A stretch of DNA of 63,268 nucleotides, the filler included, from Basidiobolus ranarum (taxonomy: Eukaryota): the NCBI GenBank assembly GCA_040143965.1. It is 18 parts of 18 records of this genome, joined end to end, with 100 filler letters (N's around TTAATTAATTAA, not from the genome) between each part and the next. Parts side by side here need not be neighbours in the genome. Positions count along the whole stretch, not along the records: positions 21,187 to 24,613 come from JASJQH010002498.1; positions 24,714 to 28,139 come from JASJQH010002499.1; positions 28,240 to 31,663 come from JASJQH010002500.1; positions 31,764 to 35,184 come from JASJQH010002501.1; positions 35,285 to 38,703 come from JASJQH010002502.1; 13 more parts are not named here. The stretch is one strand, 5' to 3'. How positions within the stretch are numbered: the first letter of the stretch is position 1; every line of letters starts with the position of its first letter. The notes below the pieces were generated by a model, which was not told the origin of the DNA, ran no database searches, and worked only from the letters and a program-made list of their open reading frames with translations. Positions 23,860-35,365 of the stretch are shown one piece after another. The position numbers and the translations under genes are program-made.

Positions 23860-24613
23860 TTAAATATGAAGGATTTCCTCTGGAAGGAAAGACCAGATAG
23901 TGCCGGTTATAGCAAGTATACTGCAGAGAATCACGAGGAACCAATCTAGAGTCTTCTGACCAGGAGAAAGGCGGTTACCGAATAGCTTGATGTGGCAGAT
24001 AATAGGGAAAATCGCAGAGATGGTGAAGCACGAGAATGATCCTAACAATGCCATCACTCTATGGAAGCCAGGAATCACGATGGCTACCAAACATACGAAG
24101 AAACACAATCCAGTGCGGAAAATGATTCGACGATACTTGGAACCGCGGATGTTGAGGTTGAAAGGCGCGTTGCTGAAGAACACTTCCAAGATCAAGTTGG
24201 CTGGGTTCAGAGTCAGTCCGAATTTACTGATTGGATTAAGAACAACGGTCCAAACAACGAGACGTGTCAAAACCTGGTTGTAATTAGGATTCTCAACCAA
24301 ATTGAGGATGATCTCATGTTGAACAGAGTTACCGAACATCAAGTAGCCACCTCCAGCCATTACAATGTAGATGATGGTGGTGATACTATATGAGTACTTA
24401 AGAACAGCTGGGAACTTTTCAGGACATTTCATGTCACGATAGATACTGGCGAAAACAGCATGGCCAGCAAATCCAGCCATCAATAGACCAAAACTAATAG
24501 GAATTGCCCATGGCATGGTAGGCCAGAGGTTGGTAGCAGCAGGAACGAGCAAAGAACCGGGTGAGATTGTGGTGGAGAACCCATTGATGACTACCACTGC
24601 AACCAAAGCTATG
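23860..24613 (-). CDS. AVT1-type amino-acid transporter, 3' half
   Basis: FGLLMAGFAGHAVFASIYRDM..P; GYLMFG; NPISKFGLTLNP; VMALLGS; GTIWSFLP. Confidence 0.92.
24508..24613. repeat. 106-bp exact terminal direct repeat of the contig (copy of 21187-21292)
   Basis: CCATGGCATGGTAGG...AACCAAAGCTATG at both ends of the contig. Confidence 0.93.
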
Positions 24614-24713
24614 NNNNNNNNNNNNNNNNNNNNNNNNNNNNNNNNNNNNNNNNNNNNTTAATTAATTAANNNNNNNNNNNNNNNNNNNNNNNNNNNNNNN
24701 NNNNNNNNNNNNN

Positions 24714-25749
24714 TTCCAGCTATGTGGTGGTTACCCTGCAATATTGTGCCACTCTGTATTAAGTTCTTCCCAGATATCTGCATGGTCAACACCAGACTGA
24801 ATGTCAAGTTAAATGTTCTTCTTCTGAACCCACTTTCTGTCACAATCAGGAGCTGGACAAGGATTGAGAACAATAACAAGAGGCTAGAAGGCAGGAGAGT
24901 ACTTGAGTGTAGACCACAAGACAAGACAAGACTGGACAAGGAAGATACTTTGGCAACAATTTTTATTGATAACTGGCATTGATCAGACTGAGGTCTGATC
25001 AAGGAATACATGGGGCTTATATAAATATTGCAAGGTGAAACATAATATACTTAATAGGGAATATACTGTGGCAAGTTCAAGAGTTGGGGTGTTGGGGGCT
25101 GTAAGAATCAATACAAAGAGGGATGGTGTTGGATTGATTGAAATCCCATATGAGAATGGATGGAGGGAGCAGCATGTTGCTGTAGCTGAAGTACAGCATT
25201 CTGAAGATCTTATATCATTGTTGATTGACTCTCTAACTGTTGACTAGTTGCTTCTGAATTCTGCATTAATGGCAATATTGTGGTGTTATTGCTTGTCATG
25301 GCCTGTATAGCAACTTCCTAGTTTTTACTTAAGATAGCATAAAAATCATTATGGTGCTCTGCCTGCAATTCCCTTATTGTAATAATTTTGTCCAAATTTT
25401 CTACGGAGGGTTGTTCAATAGAGGGCAAAGTAGCCATTTTGGAAGTAGATGGTTTTGACGGTGTTTTGGTTGAACTTTGCTCAACTATTGATTTACTATG
25501 TAATTGAGGGATTACAATCTCTTCACTTGCACAATTGCTGGAAAGGAACACATCTGGTAAATTGATTAATGCCTCATCATTACTTGAGTTAGTTTCCGGC
25601 ATGTTTATGCCTTTGAAAGTGGAAAGTGGAATACTAGACTGCTCATGAATTAAGTCCTCTGTTCTTGCTGGTTTTTTTCCTCTTGTGCCAGCAGGCTTTG
25701 GCTTGTAAGCCAATGTTGACTTAGATTTTGAATACTTTTTGAATGGCAT
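24714..25749 (-). mobile_element. Decayed accessory ORF of the CACTA element, divergent from the transposase
   Basis: MPFKKYSKSK... reading frame continues through stops; CpG-depleted. Its 24760-24790 sequence recurs at 52722-52752, beside other copies of the same transposase. Confidence 0.55.
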
Positions 25750-26207
25750 TGAAATTTTCAGAAGGTAAACTTGATGTAATGAAATTGCTTACAAACAGCT
25801 TTTGATAAACCAAAATTGCCATCCATTACCGGAAATATCTTGTAAATCCCCTGATGACTCATCTGCAACACTGTCTCATAATCAGCAGATGATATTGATG
25901 GGCTATACCTAAAATACTACCCTTACATGGGAAGTGTTCTTTTTTCTACAATATTCTTCTCATGTTGCAACACAAATGTTTAAAGAAGCCCTGCTATTAT
26001 TGTTGTAAATTGATGTGATATGAAAGGCAGAGGCTTCATAGAAAAAATAATCCTAAGCATAGTCATGGTACACAGCCACCAGCTGCACAAAGCCTGGTGT
26101 ATAACAGGAGTAATAAGTACACTTAATTGACTTTAGTTTTGCCCATTGAGTCCACTAACTGCAGTTTGCCTCAAAGTTTTGGTAACACTGCCAAAAGTTA
26201 AGATATC

Positions 26208-28139
26208 ATGGAGTTACCACAGTTACATTACCAGAATGATGTAGGTCAGTATGCAACTTTGGTCAAACCAGTAAGTCCAGACAACTTTGAGGACTTGCTG
26301 CTTGATGTTGACCTTGGTTATTCCATTACCAATGGTTTTATATCAGAAGTTGAAGAAGAAGACAATGGTTTTATTACAGACTCTTTGTTATTGGCAAACT
26401 TTTGTCCACTCATAACACTTACTGTAAAGGAAGCAGCTTTCATTCTTGAGGAGTGGGGAGTTCAATCCAATTGTAGCAACCAGATGTTTATTGGTTTTCT
26501 TACACTTTTACTGTAGTTGATTGTCAACTGTTGTTTGCCACAGACCGTGTACAAGTGGAAAACACTTGTCAATCATATGACTTATAATCCTTCAGCAATT
26601 AAACTACATGCATGTCCAAATGGTTGTTTGACTTACACTGGTGATCTAAAAAACCTGTAGTCATGTACTGTGTGCACACAATTGGCAATCACTGAAACAG
26701 ATAAATATTGATTCATATTCAGCTTACAACCATTGATTCCTTGTCTTAAAGTTTTGATGAAATGACCCAAATATTGATCATTGATCCAATAACAAAGTAC
26801 TTACCATAAAGCTGATGGTATTGCCAACATACTTGATGGAGATCACTACCAGTATCTGAAAAGTCAAGGTTTTTGTCAGTACATGTATGTTCATGCATTT
26901 TCATTGGCTCTGGATGGCTTCTCACAAAACAAATATACCATTGGAAAGGCTTGCTGGCCAATAATTTTTAATTGACTTTAATCTTCCTCCTTCTGAATGG
27001 TATAGGAGTCATAATATTTTAATACTATCCATCATATCTGGACCTAAATCACCAGTGCTTTTAGATAGCTTCTTGGAGCCTTTCATGGTGGTTTTTGAAT
27101 TATTATCTAATGGGGTCCAGATGTGTGAATATTTTATTAAAGCTAATTACCTTAATTGTATTGGTGACACTCCTGCCATCAGTAAATTTGGAGGTTTTTG
27201 TGGGCACAATGCACTATGTTGCTATAAATTTTGTCAAATTAATGGATTTTACTAAAACAGGCATATGCATTACTACTATCCAGATACAACACTAAATTCA
27301 TGATTTTACCATTGAGAGCCTGGTCAAGTTTCAATATGATCACTGCTATCAATTCACCAAATAGTCAGTCTAACATCAAACTTGGAATTAGCCGTAAGCC
27401 TAAGATTATATTGCTAAAGGGGATCAGCTGGCACCAGAGCTTCCCATTAGGCACTATGCACTTACTATTCACTAACATTCCTATACTGCTAACTCAGCTA
27501 TATAGTGGAAAATTTAATATGAATGCACCATTTGAGATAGGATCAAAGTTTGATTCAATTGGAAAGATGCATGAAAATGTCAAGATACCATCTTATTTTA
27601 CCAGGACTCCCATCAATATCTACTCATCAAGGCATTTATTAAAATGCAAAGACTGCAAGTATTGGATTTGTATATGTTCAAGTAGAATTTTGCAAAGATT
27701 TCTGCCTGATAAGCATTGACAACATTGGGAGTTGTTTGTGGATAATGTTAATATATTCTCATGGCATCAACTCACATTGGCAGATCTCAGGCAGCTACAG
27801 CAACTGTGTGAAGATTTTGTAATTGTATATGAAAAACTTTATTACAGGTTTAAAGAAGATAGACTGAATCTATGCAGGTATTCAATACCTTCCCTGCTGC
27901 ATCTTTCACAATGCTTAGAGATTATAGGCCCTTGCTATACATTCTGGGAGTCTCAATGGGGTACACCTGTGGTGAAATGATGCTCCATATGAAATTGTTA
28001 GTATTATTGTATACTAATCTGATTAACAATGTATCAGCAAAATCAGTAATGGATGTAATGCAATGGGTTAAGGAGACTCCAGAGTATATTAATCTGCCAA
28101 CTCAGGGCTCTTTTCAATGTGCTCATGGGTTTTCACATT
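26208..28139 (+). mobile_element. CACTA/EnSpm transposase (Tnp2/Transposase_21-like), pseudogenised
   Basis: ACPNGC...C..C; LALDGF; LPPSEWY; ISGPKSP.LLDSFLEP; GDTPAISKFGGFCGHNA.CC.KFC; FVIVYEKLYY...LLHL...GP. Confidence 0.88.
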
Positions 28140-28239
28140 NNNNNNNNNNNNNNNNNNNNNNNNNNNNNNNNNNNNNNNNNNNNTTAATTAATTAANNNNN
28201 NNNNNNNNNNNNNNNNNNNNNNNNNNNNNNNNNNNNNNN

Positions 28240-28544
28240 GGAGTGATCATTCTCTTGATTGCAATTTGGAGTGGTCAAAACTCAATCAATCATCAAATAT
28301 TCCAAGAATCTTGTGGAATATTCTGGAAGATTGTAGAATTTTCCAGAAAATAATAGGACTAATGTGGGTTAATACTGATAAATCTGAAGTAATAGGGGAT
28401 AACACTAATAGTGTGATATGATTGGCTAGAAAATATGGGTAAGGCAAATAAGGTTAATAAAATGGAAATCGTATGATAGATTGATATGAGCTTGGAGTGG
28501 AAATAAGTCAACCTGCCAGTGGGTAGTTATGCTACCCCACTACA
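28240..28544 (-). mobile_element. Partial second copy of the 1080-bp LTR, inserted in a copia pol
   Basis: Matches about 985-1264 and ends GCTACCCCACTACA; flanked by CCGC. Phased GAA/TTC array at 28306-28348. Confidence 0.88.
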
Positions 28545-30075
28545 CCGCAGACTCTAGATCAAGCTCTGTATTGTCTGGAATCAAAGCTATGGGAGGAAGC
28601 ACTGTCTGATGGGTTTTCTTCACTTCAGGACAATAAAAAATTTGTTTCAAATCCTCTGCCTTCAGGGTGGAAGCCAATAGGTTGCAAGGGGGTTTACAAA
28701 GTCAAAACAAGGCCAATGGAAACACAGAAAGGTACAAAGCATGAATATTACATAAGATTATTCCCAGACTCCAGGTGTCAATTTTAACAAAACTCTTGCT
28801 CCAGTAGCTAAGATTAGCCACATTAAATCAGTCAGCACACTCTCAGCTATCTGTAACCTTGATTTTCATCCAATGAATGTAAAAATAGCCTTTCTGAAAA
28901 AATGTAGAAGAAGAGATCTGAATGGGGCACTCAGATGGATTTGCTGACAGAAAATACTCTGATATTATCTGTAAGCTGCAACAATTGCTATATGGACTTA
29001 ACCAACCACCCAGGGTATGATACAACATGATAGACACCTATTTGGGATCACTGGAATTCCCAGAATGCAGACCAAATCACAGTATATACTTCAAAACAAC
29101 TGGAAATGGGATCCTTATTGTTGTACTATATGTGGATAACATGATCATAGCCACAAAAGCTCTAGTAACACTTAATCAGACAAAAAAAAGCTCATCAAAC
29201 CAATTTCAGATGACTGATAAGAGCATATTAAGTTAGTTTCCCAGAATCTGAATCAAAAGAAATTAACCCAATCAGAAGAGCATGCTGAACCCATCTAGAT
29301 ACATTGAAGACATCCTCAAATGCTACATCATGGAGAATGGCATGCCTGTATCGACACTAATGGATCCCAATATGATGTTAATAGTAATTTTATCCAATTT
29401 GGTCAAAAAGACACAAATTAAAGTCAGGAGTTCCCTTATCAATGCTTGGTGGCTAGTTCAATATATATAATGATCGGAACATGCCCATACATTGCTGTGG
29501 CAGTTGGAGCTGTTAGCTAATATCTCATAAATCAAGGATCTGAAAACAAAACTGCTGTAAATTGAGGATTTCTGTATGTGAGAGGAGTTGTAGATTTAAT
29601 TCTGGAATAATCATGCACTCGTGAAGAACAATAGTGATGTAGACTGAGGAAGAAACTATGATGATGGAAGATCAACAAAGGGGTACATGTTTCTCTATGG
29701 TAACCAAGGCATAACTTGGAATAGTAAGAAGCAACCAACAGTAGCACTTTCCACTACAGAAGCAGAAAGTATGGCTGCCTCTGTGACTACTCATGAAGCT
29801 AAGTGGTTAAGAAAGTTATTTATAGATCTGTGTAATAATAAAAGATGCTATTACTGTATTTGAACATAATTGAAGTTGTATTTTATTAGCTAAAAACAAT
29901 ACATTTCATGCTAGAACAAGACATATAGATATTAGACCTCATTTTGTCAGAGTAGCAATAGACAATGATATAATTGAGCTTGTTTATCATCCTACTAAAG
30001 AAATGATTGATGAAATCTTAAACAAATCTTTAGATAAAGCACAATTTGAATTCTCTTGAGATGTAAAAAGCTTAC
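28545..30075 (+). mobile_element. Degenerate copia RT and RNase H
   Basis: KPIGCK.VYKVK; VVLYVDNMII; WNSKKQPTVALSTTEAE; FHARTRHIDIR.HFVR. Confidence 0.9.
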
Positions 30076-30689
30076 TGGCTGGTTTGGTTGAATCAGGTAA
30101 ATCACATGTAATGATGCATGAGATTGTGGGCTCTCCTCTTGTTCTTCATTGACTGCCTGCTTGTCATCAAAAATGGGAGAAACATTATAGACTCTTCCAA
30201 GCTGGCATTGCTGCCAATGTGTGCTACTAGCTTTGATATGTATCAGTACAAGATTAGTCTCCTGATCTCCATCTACTCTAAATGGTCATTCCTCATTAAT
30301 CCAAAAGCAACTATTGGCTTTCCTATAGCCATCTTAGCAGCTATACTTAAAAAATACAGTGGCTCAAATACTCCAATACCCATCAGAGAGTGGTTAGTCA
30401 ATTTGTTCTGTTAATACAAAAGCTATTTTCTAATCAGATTTCAGTGCACTATTAATGGTAGTAAAAGTGGGAGAAGCTTCCATTACAGGCTTCAAGCAAG
30501 TGAGAATTATCTAGCTTCAGAGATGAATGCTGTTGAAGGGGCCTGGGCAAAAGATTCAGAGACTTGAATTTCTTTCCATTTTGCGGAGTATATACCTAAA
30601 GAGTTCATATTACAGATATTCTTGACACATTTCCAGTGAGAATCAACAGGCCCAAGTGCATTTTTTGAATTTCAGTGATTCCATATATG

Positions 30690-31663
30690 TATCTGTCTTG
30701 TTGTACCATACCCTAGATACTTGCTTGAGTTTGTAAAGCAACTTTTGCAGCTTGCAGACCATAACAGGGTGTATTGGGGCAACAAATTCAACTGGTTGTT
30801 CCATCTGGTTGCTCCATCTAGAAGCCTTTTTGTAAATTACTACTCAGAAAAGCTATTTTTACATCCATTCAATGTACATTAAGGTTATGGATCAACCATC
30901 AAAATCACATCTCTGCACATAAATGACTTTTGATTTTCAGTATCAAATGGTCTGTAGGCCTTATATCCATCACAGTATCCAAGTAAGGATAAAAGTGTTT
31001 TGGGGATCTGGAAGTGTTTACCACAAGATTTTGATTTGTGAATTAGACACTAAAGTTTTTGTTGAATCTAATATGTACTATTTATAGATTGGTAAGAGTG
31101 ATCTAATTGATATATCCACCAATTAGAGCAATATAAGCATATTTTTGAATGACAGAATTGAGTACCAATCAATCACAATATGAATATACAATGTACTAAA
31201 TAATGAGTTGCCATTTATTCAATTTCAAGATCCATTGTATACATTTAACTACCCACCATGGATTGATAAGGGGGCTCTGGGCTTTGATTTGAGTCATTTT
31301 GGGCCAAATTGGATGAAATTTTGACCAATTTTGCATTGGGATCCTTTGGCATTGATATAGGCTAACTATACTCCATGTTGAAGCATTTTAGGATGTCAAG
31401 GATGTATTTAGACTGATACCACATGATTTTATGATTGAGTTTATCTCTCTTAATTTGAATTAAAATAAAATAACTTAATATACCCATATCATTGATCTGA
31501 AATTGGTTTGATAAGTGCTTTTTGTCTGATCTAGTGCTTCCAGATCATTTGTGGCTAAAATTTAGTCATCCACACATAGTGAAAAGATAAGGATCCTATT
31601 TCTCGTTGTTTTGATGTAAATACTGTGATCTGCTGTCTATCTTTGGAATTCTGGTAATTCCAA
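30690..31663 (-). mobile_element. Scrambled copia RT/integrase fragments with an LTR-like insert at about 30987-31230
   Basis: On the minus strand: MEQPDGF-like, KAIFLS, LGYCDGYKAYR, PYQSMVG and LCVDD. The insert has CTATAAATAG and shares about 80 bp with 35285-35365. Confidence 0.65.
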
Positions 31664-32358
31664 NNNNNNNNNNNNNNNNNNNNNNNNNNNNNNNNNNNNN
31701 NNNNNNNTTAATTAATTAANNNNNNNNNNNNNNNNNNNNNNNNNNNNNNNNNNNNNNNNNNNNCCTCTTTTCATCCTTACCCTCCCTTACCCTTACCAGA
31801 ACATCTATACCCTATGACACCCTGGAGAATCTTGACAATGCGCCCTATAATGTACACGTCGAGTATGATATGTTCATGGATAATACAAGCAAAATTGTGT
31901 AAAAAATACGACACAAGTATGTAATAAAACCCAAGTACCTTAGCATCGGCATACCTTTATTTATGAAACAATTTTTGTAGATTATTTTGAGTCTGTGCCA
32001 TTGAGGTTTCGTAAATAATGAAATGGTGAACTCGGGTACTTAGTACACGTTTTTGAACGTTGAGTAAGTTCCGATGTAGGAGTCAATTCTATATTATTAC
32101 AAACCCTAGAGTGATCCCATGTATGTGAAGACAAGGTGTTGAAGAGCTCTGTGAAATCAATTTACTCAACAACGATCATTATCAATAGACTCGGTTTATT
32201 TAATTCATGTATATTTTATTTAATTTACTTCAATAATTCATTCAGCTATTTAGCTCACTTAAATATTTCATTCAGTTATTTCGTTCACTAATATAATTCA
32301 TTCCCAAAGAATCAGAAATACTTATTTAGGGTGTTGACCTATAACACTGCTTCTCGTA

Positions 32359-33510
32359 TCATTTTGACGCTAAACCAAGTTTACGACCCCAATCATCAGG
32401 ATTTTGAACTAAATCTAGCACTTTTCTTGATCCATGCCTCCATATCTCCTCATCTTGTGGGTATACTTTGGCGAGTTCTTTCATTGTGCGAATACTTTTA
32501 ATAGCATGAGCAAATATGTCTTCTTCTTCAGTTGCCGCTTTACCAATTCCCTTCCAAAACTCAGCTTCATCCGACTGTAACTCAACCGGATGGTTGATTA
32601 GATTCTCCCATCTCGGAAGGGGGCGTCCTATTGAGGCAAACAAAGTCAACGCCGTGAACCAGACTAAACGGAGAGTTCGAACTCGATCATATTCTGATAG
32701 CATCGGTAACAAGGTTCGACCCGCATGGAATGCAGTCAGCGCATGACACAGGAGAAAGTCAAGTCGAAATTCAGGCTTATGGCCCAGGAATAAGAAGGCT
32801 ATTCCCCGCGATAGCTCACGGACTTTTTCATCAAGGCCTTTCTGCTTAATGCTTGAGTCCCAAGCCATATAGTACTCCTTAGTGTATTCAAAATATTGAA
32901 TGTCTATCTCACGCGTATTATCCGTGTAAGGATCAAGTTGAATCTTCTTGAAGCGGGAATCGCTAGACATCTCCTGAATGATAGTAATCGGATCCATGTA
33001 CAGAGGTACAGAAAACTCTTGATTGATCAACTCCCCATGCGGCTCATAACCGAGTGTGCTCAACGCTAGAGCTTCAGAAAGAATTAAATTGTGTCGAAAC
33101 TCGACAGCATATCCCAACTGAATTAAAGAGTGAGCGATCTCCCCAACTAGCCCCGGCAGAAGCAGTGGCACATATTTGTTAAATACTTCGTCAAATCCAG
33201 TTTGGTCGATTTGTTGATCAAAAAAGTCAAGTAAATCGCGATAAGCATCTTTTACACCTATGAACTGAGAATAATTGCTTTCATCAATACTGTACTTAGG
33301 TTCAGGGAGTGGATCAAGGTGCTTGGTGACTCTTTCGTACATATCACGCATCCTCTCTTCCGACGCACCCAGGATGTACAGATTGCACACTAAGTGAGAA
33401 GTATGATTATGAGCAAAATTATCAAAGAAAACGTCGTAGTCCCGGTGGTTTCTGGAAATCAGCTCCTCGAAAACTTCCTTCGTATTGTTTGTTGATGCAG
33501 AAGACTTCAT
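32359..33510 (-). CDS. Questin oxidase / HypA-like (DUF4243) protein
   Basis: AHNHTSH...LYILGAS; YRDLLDFF; GEIAHSLIQLGYAVEF...EALA; LDFLLCHALT; HAIKSIR. Likely start ATG 33510, after a TATA at about 33550. Intronless. Confidence 0.85.
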   Translation of the reverse strand: MKSSASTNNTKEVFEELISRNHRDYDVFFDNFAHNHTSHLVCNLYILGASEERMRDMYERVTKHLDPLPEPKYSIDESNYSQFIGVKDAYRDLLDFFDQQIDQTGFDEVFNKYVPLLLPGLVGEIAHSLIQLGYAVEFRHNLILSEALALSTLGYEPHGELINQEFSVPLYMDPITIIQEMSSDSRFKKIQLDPYTDNTREIDIQYFEYTKEYYMAWDSSIKQKGLDEKVRELSRGIAFLFLGHKPEFRLDFLLCHALTAFHAGRTLLPMLSEYDRVRTLRLVWFTALTLFASIGRPLPRWENLINHPVELQSDEAEFWKGIGKAATEEEDIFAHAIKSIRTMKELAKVYPQDEEIWRHGSRKVLDLVQNPDDWGRKLGLASK

Positions 33511-35365
33511 GGTTTTGTTCTCTGGTAAGCCTTCTCTTCCGCTGCATTTATATGAATCTTGAATTGATGCGCCATACTGCATTGATAGCCATATATAGTG
33601 ATGCTTCGGAGTACCGTCCAACTGATTACAAATTCTGTCACCGTCACTCTAATGCTCAAGTAACGAAGAAGACTAAGACCTGGACTAGTTTCTCCGTGTT
33701 TGCAACTCATCACTTCAGTATCCTGAATATGGGCCATTTGCTAGTCGGTTAAACTCATGGCCAAGCGGATGAATGTAAGCTGATCCAACGTTGACTGCTC
33801 AATATGATCACTTGACATTCAGCGTTAGCAAGAAACCTACGAATGAACCGATTGCATAAACTAGAATATATGTTCTAATTCAGGTAGCTGTTAGATAACA
33901 TATGGCAAATTAGGTATTCGGCACGCCAACTACAAGCATTAGGTACCGTTTATGAAGATATTGATGAGAATTGTTATTGGTTTATGTGGCTATGCAAACT
34001 GCTACTGGTTTATGTAGTTATGTGAATTGTTACTGGGTGAGGTAGTAATTGTGGTTAGAGCAATAAAATACGAGCAATGGCGCCATTTATAATCATTGGT
34101 GAAGAAAGTGACACTTCCGAGAGTATTCCAATTGGATGATTTGGTACAAGTAGAGCTGGGATTAGTGTCAGTATAATTTGATAGATTATCAGTACTCTAT
34201 TACAATTCTATAGTATTGAATGGGATAGAGTTAGAGCAAGTGTACCAACGGGATAAAATTTTAAACACCAGCAATGCTAAGTTAGGGATTTGTGCTAATG
34301 CACAGTAAATCAAAGCTGGTTACCATACCATTCTTGTGACAAACAACCTCAATGATAGGCAATCCTAAAATATGAATTTTAGCGTCATTATCATTGCATC
34401 TGCTAATCCTCGTACATTCATCAAACTCGAAACACTAGTAAATATTTGAATGTAGAAATCAATACATGATTATGAGCCGATCGGCCATCTTATCTGTATG
34501 GTATTCAAATTGCTTTGGTCAATAAAGCTGTCTAGTATGTATGAGTTTCACAGATTGGTCAATATAACATCTACATATAATAAAAGAAATTTCCTTTAGT
34601 AATTTTTCATCAAATACTTAATTATTTGCATTCGAAATTTGATAATAAACGTAGCCGCTGAAGCGTAACATTCATGTAGCAATCTAAATACACAAATCCC
34701 CATCACCTTGTTAGTTTCATTCACTGCTTTGATTTTAGTAGTAAATGCAATACCTGTCAATTACTTCGCACCTAGAGTCAATGTACTTGTGAAAATGCTT
34801 GGGTGCATGGACGACAAATGCAGCAGGTGCCATTATCTTTCGGAAGTGAAAATACTCAAAATCCTGTACTGCGGCAAGTCTTCACTACTATCACAAGAAA
34901 ACACCACAATCTCAATATAGCAGCAGCCAAACGCAAGAAAAACATCAATATAAAGTATCAGACTAGACCTAACCTAGAAGCTGGGAGAGGATCTACTAAA
35001 TCGACATTTGCAAAGTAAGATGACTCAGAAACTCTATTCGATCCAGGATATGACCAAAGTACACAAGTGCTCCCCTATGTACAAATGGTGCCAGAACAAA
35101 ATAACCAGATTGAAGCCCAACAGTACCAACCAACAGGAATGACTGGCATTCTAACCCAAAGTCTGCCAATATTGATGGAGGAGTNNNNNNNNNNNNNNNN
35201 NNNNNNNNNNNNNNNNNNNNNNNNNNNNTTAATTAATTAANNNNNNNNNNNNNNNNNNNNNNNNNNNNNNNNNNNNNNNNNNNNAATTCAATAAACCTTA
35301 AGTGTCTAATTCACAAATCCAAATCTTGTCCAAAACACTTCCAAATCCCCTAAACACTTTTATCA

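Noticed and set aside
23987..24393. Antisense ORFs over AVT1, the GDSL lipase (43853-44305) and HypA (32516-32746)
   Set aside because: Shadow frames of real genes on the opposite strand.
33968..34036. About 28-bp x2.5 tandem repeat, and about 30-bp AT-rich repeats at 32237-32303
   Set aside because: Short degenerate minisatellites without spacers; ordinary.
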